The notes beneath the pieces were generated by a model. It worked only from the letters and a program-made list of their open reading frames with translations, searched no databases and was not told where the DNA came from. Made by a program: the position numbers and the translations under genes. From Octopus sinensis (Eukaryota): DNA of 8,942 nucleotides. Positions 7,681 to 8,942 of the stretch are shown in pieces. The stretch spans positions 1-8,942 of the forward strand of contig NW_021828283.1 of the NCBI RefSeq assembly GCF_006345805.1. The letters are read 5' to 3'. Numbering within the stretch: position 1 is the first letter of the stretch; each line of letters starts with the position of its first letter.

Positions 7681-8086
7681 TGCGCCAATAATCGTCTTCT
7701 AGTACAGCAGCTTACTTTTGAATCAAACACTCCTTTGACAGAAAAATTTTTTTTTTTTAATCTCGTCGAAGCGGGAAACTGACCTTCTAGCTTTTTCGTG
7801 ACATAGTCTCGCTCAACACCGCCATATTGTTCGCGACTGCTTTTTAACGGAGTCTATTCCTTTGCAAAAATTCGAACAAGGTCTAGAATTTTAAGTTGAC
7901 TCCTCCCAAATAGTCTCGGAAGATCTGAAAAGTATGTCGAAAGTTCAAAATATTCCCATGATGACGACATTGGATGGAAATTCTATCTGAAGATTGTGCT
8001 ATTGATTGCAACATGTCTGCAAGATATTGGTTAGAAAAGGTTAGCGCGAGAACATCACCCTGTTTAATATTTGTTCCGATAACACA

Positions 8087-8309
8087 AGCGAGCTGGCAGA
8101 ATGGTTAGCACGCCGGGCGAAATGCTTAGCGGTATTTCGTCTGCTGCTACGTTCTGAGTTCAAATTCCGCCGAGGTCGACTTTCTTTTCATCCTTTCGGG
8201 GTCGATAAATTAAGTACCAGTTACGCACTGGGGTCGATATAATCGACTTAATCCGTCAGTCTGTCCTTGTTTGTCCCCTCTGTGTTTAGCCCCTTGTGGG
8301 TAGTAAAGA
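8087..8309 (+). mobile_element. tRNA-derived SINE, family A, copy 3
   Basis: A box TGGCAGAATGG (8094-8104), B box gagttcaaattcc, full core and tail. Confidence 0.92.
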
Positions 8310-8440
8310 GTTCAAATTCTGCCGAAGTCGACTTTGCCTTTCATCCTTTCGGGGTCGATAGATTAAGTACCAGTAGGATACTGGGGTCGATCTTATCGAC
8401 TGGCCCCCTCCCCAAGAACTTTGCCTTCTTTCTCAGAAAC
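8308..8440 (+). mobile_element. 5'-truncated SINE family A, copy 4, fused head-to-tail to copy 3
   Basis: Starts at the B box gagttcaaattct. Core present, tail differs (ccccctccccaagaac). Confidence 0.88.
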
Positions 8441-8559
8441 AGATGACGGGATGAATACTTTTAGCTTAAGTCCACTGGAATTTCCATCCGGTCCAGGAGG
8501 TTTCCTGTTTCGCATTTTTTAAAGAATTTCACTCAGCATAGGTTGTTGGTTGTTATATA

Positions 8560-8560
<1 letters not shown>

Positions 8561-8596
<36 letters not shown>

Positions 8597-8632
8597 GTGT
8601 GTGTGTGTTGTGTGTGTGTGTGTGTGTGTGTG
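8561..8632. repeat. (TG)n microsatellite
   Basis: Direct reading. Confidence 0.95.
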
Positions 8633-8633
8633 G

Positions 8634-8815
8634 TGGTCTACTCGCAATACCAGAGGGCGCACACTCTCCTACCCTGATGTAATCTCCAGGGGGATACAGG
8701 CATCAGCACAGCAGGACCTCCGTAATGCCATGATGATGACCGTGAAGTCTGGCGTAGCATGGCAAATTCCATTGTCTCGACCAGTCGCGACGGTCGAACA
8801 ATGATGATGATGATG
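8634..8815 (+). mobile_element. 5'-truncated RTE-like LINE: frameshifted ORF C-terminus plus (TGA)n tail
   Basis: Joining frames gives WSTRNTRGRTLSYPDVISR..QQDLRNAMM/DREVWRSMANSIVST/TVEQ*, matching the RTE-clade C-terminal pattern GR...Y.D....D......M.DR..WR. The stop runs straight into (TGA)n. Confidence 0.8.
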
Positions 8816-8942
8816 TGTGTCTTTGTAAATGTAAAAGCATACATCTATATACATATATTCATATACATATGTACATAAAAACATATATATGTATGTGTTT
8901 AGAACGTTGAGTGATTGAGATTGTATGAAAGATCGTAAAAGG

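Noticed and set aside
7980-8030. ctgaagattgtgc...gcaacatgtc as a hammerhead
   Set aside because: GAAA box is absent and there is no stem I partner.
1319-8942. Next IP3R-like exon
   Set aside because: No acceptor-bounded open frame with a recognisable continuation was found by eye (checked near 5390, 7910 and 8440). A short or divergent exon could have been missed.

Overview
AT-rich, microsatellite-dense eukaryotic DNA whose repeat content looks like an octopod cephalopod genome (inferred from the repeats, not verified). Two phase-compatible + strand coding exons (<1-106 and 1162-1318) encode part of a divergent inositol 1,4,5-trisphosphate receptor (IP3R)-like Ca2+ channel. I found no further exon, so the remaining ~7.6 kb is probably one intron. 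It holds tRNA-derived SINEs of three families, an RTE-type LINE 3' end, a 454-bp element bounded by inverted repeats, a perfect 30-bp hairpin between direct repeats, and many simple repeats. The most unusual signal is a cluster of minimal type-I hammerhead-ribozyme-like motifs of the Penelope/retrozyme kind: five with both core boxes (one of these poorly folded) and three 3' halves. Every copy has at least one defect, so activity is unproven. Almost all ORFs in the supplied track are low-complexity artefacts.
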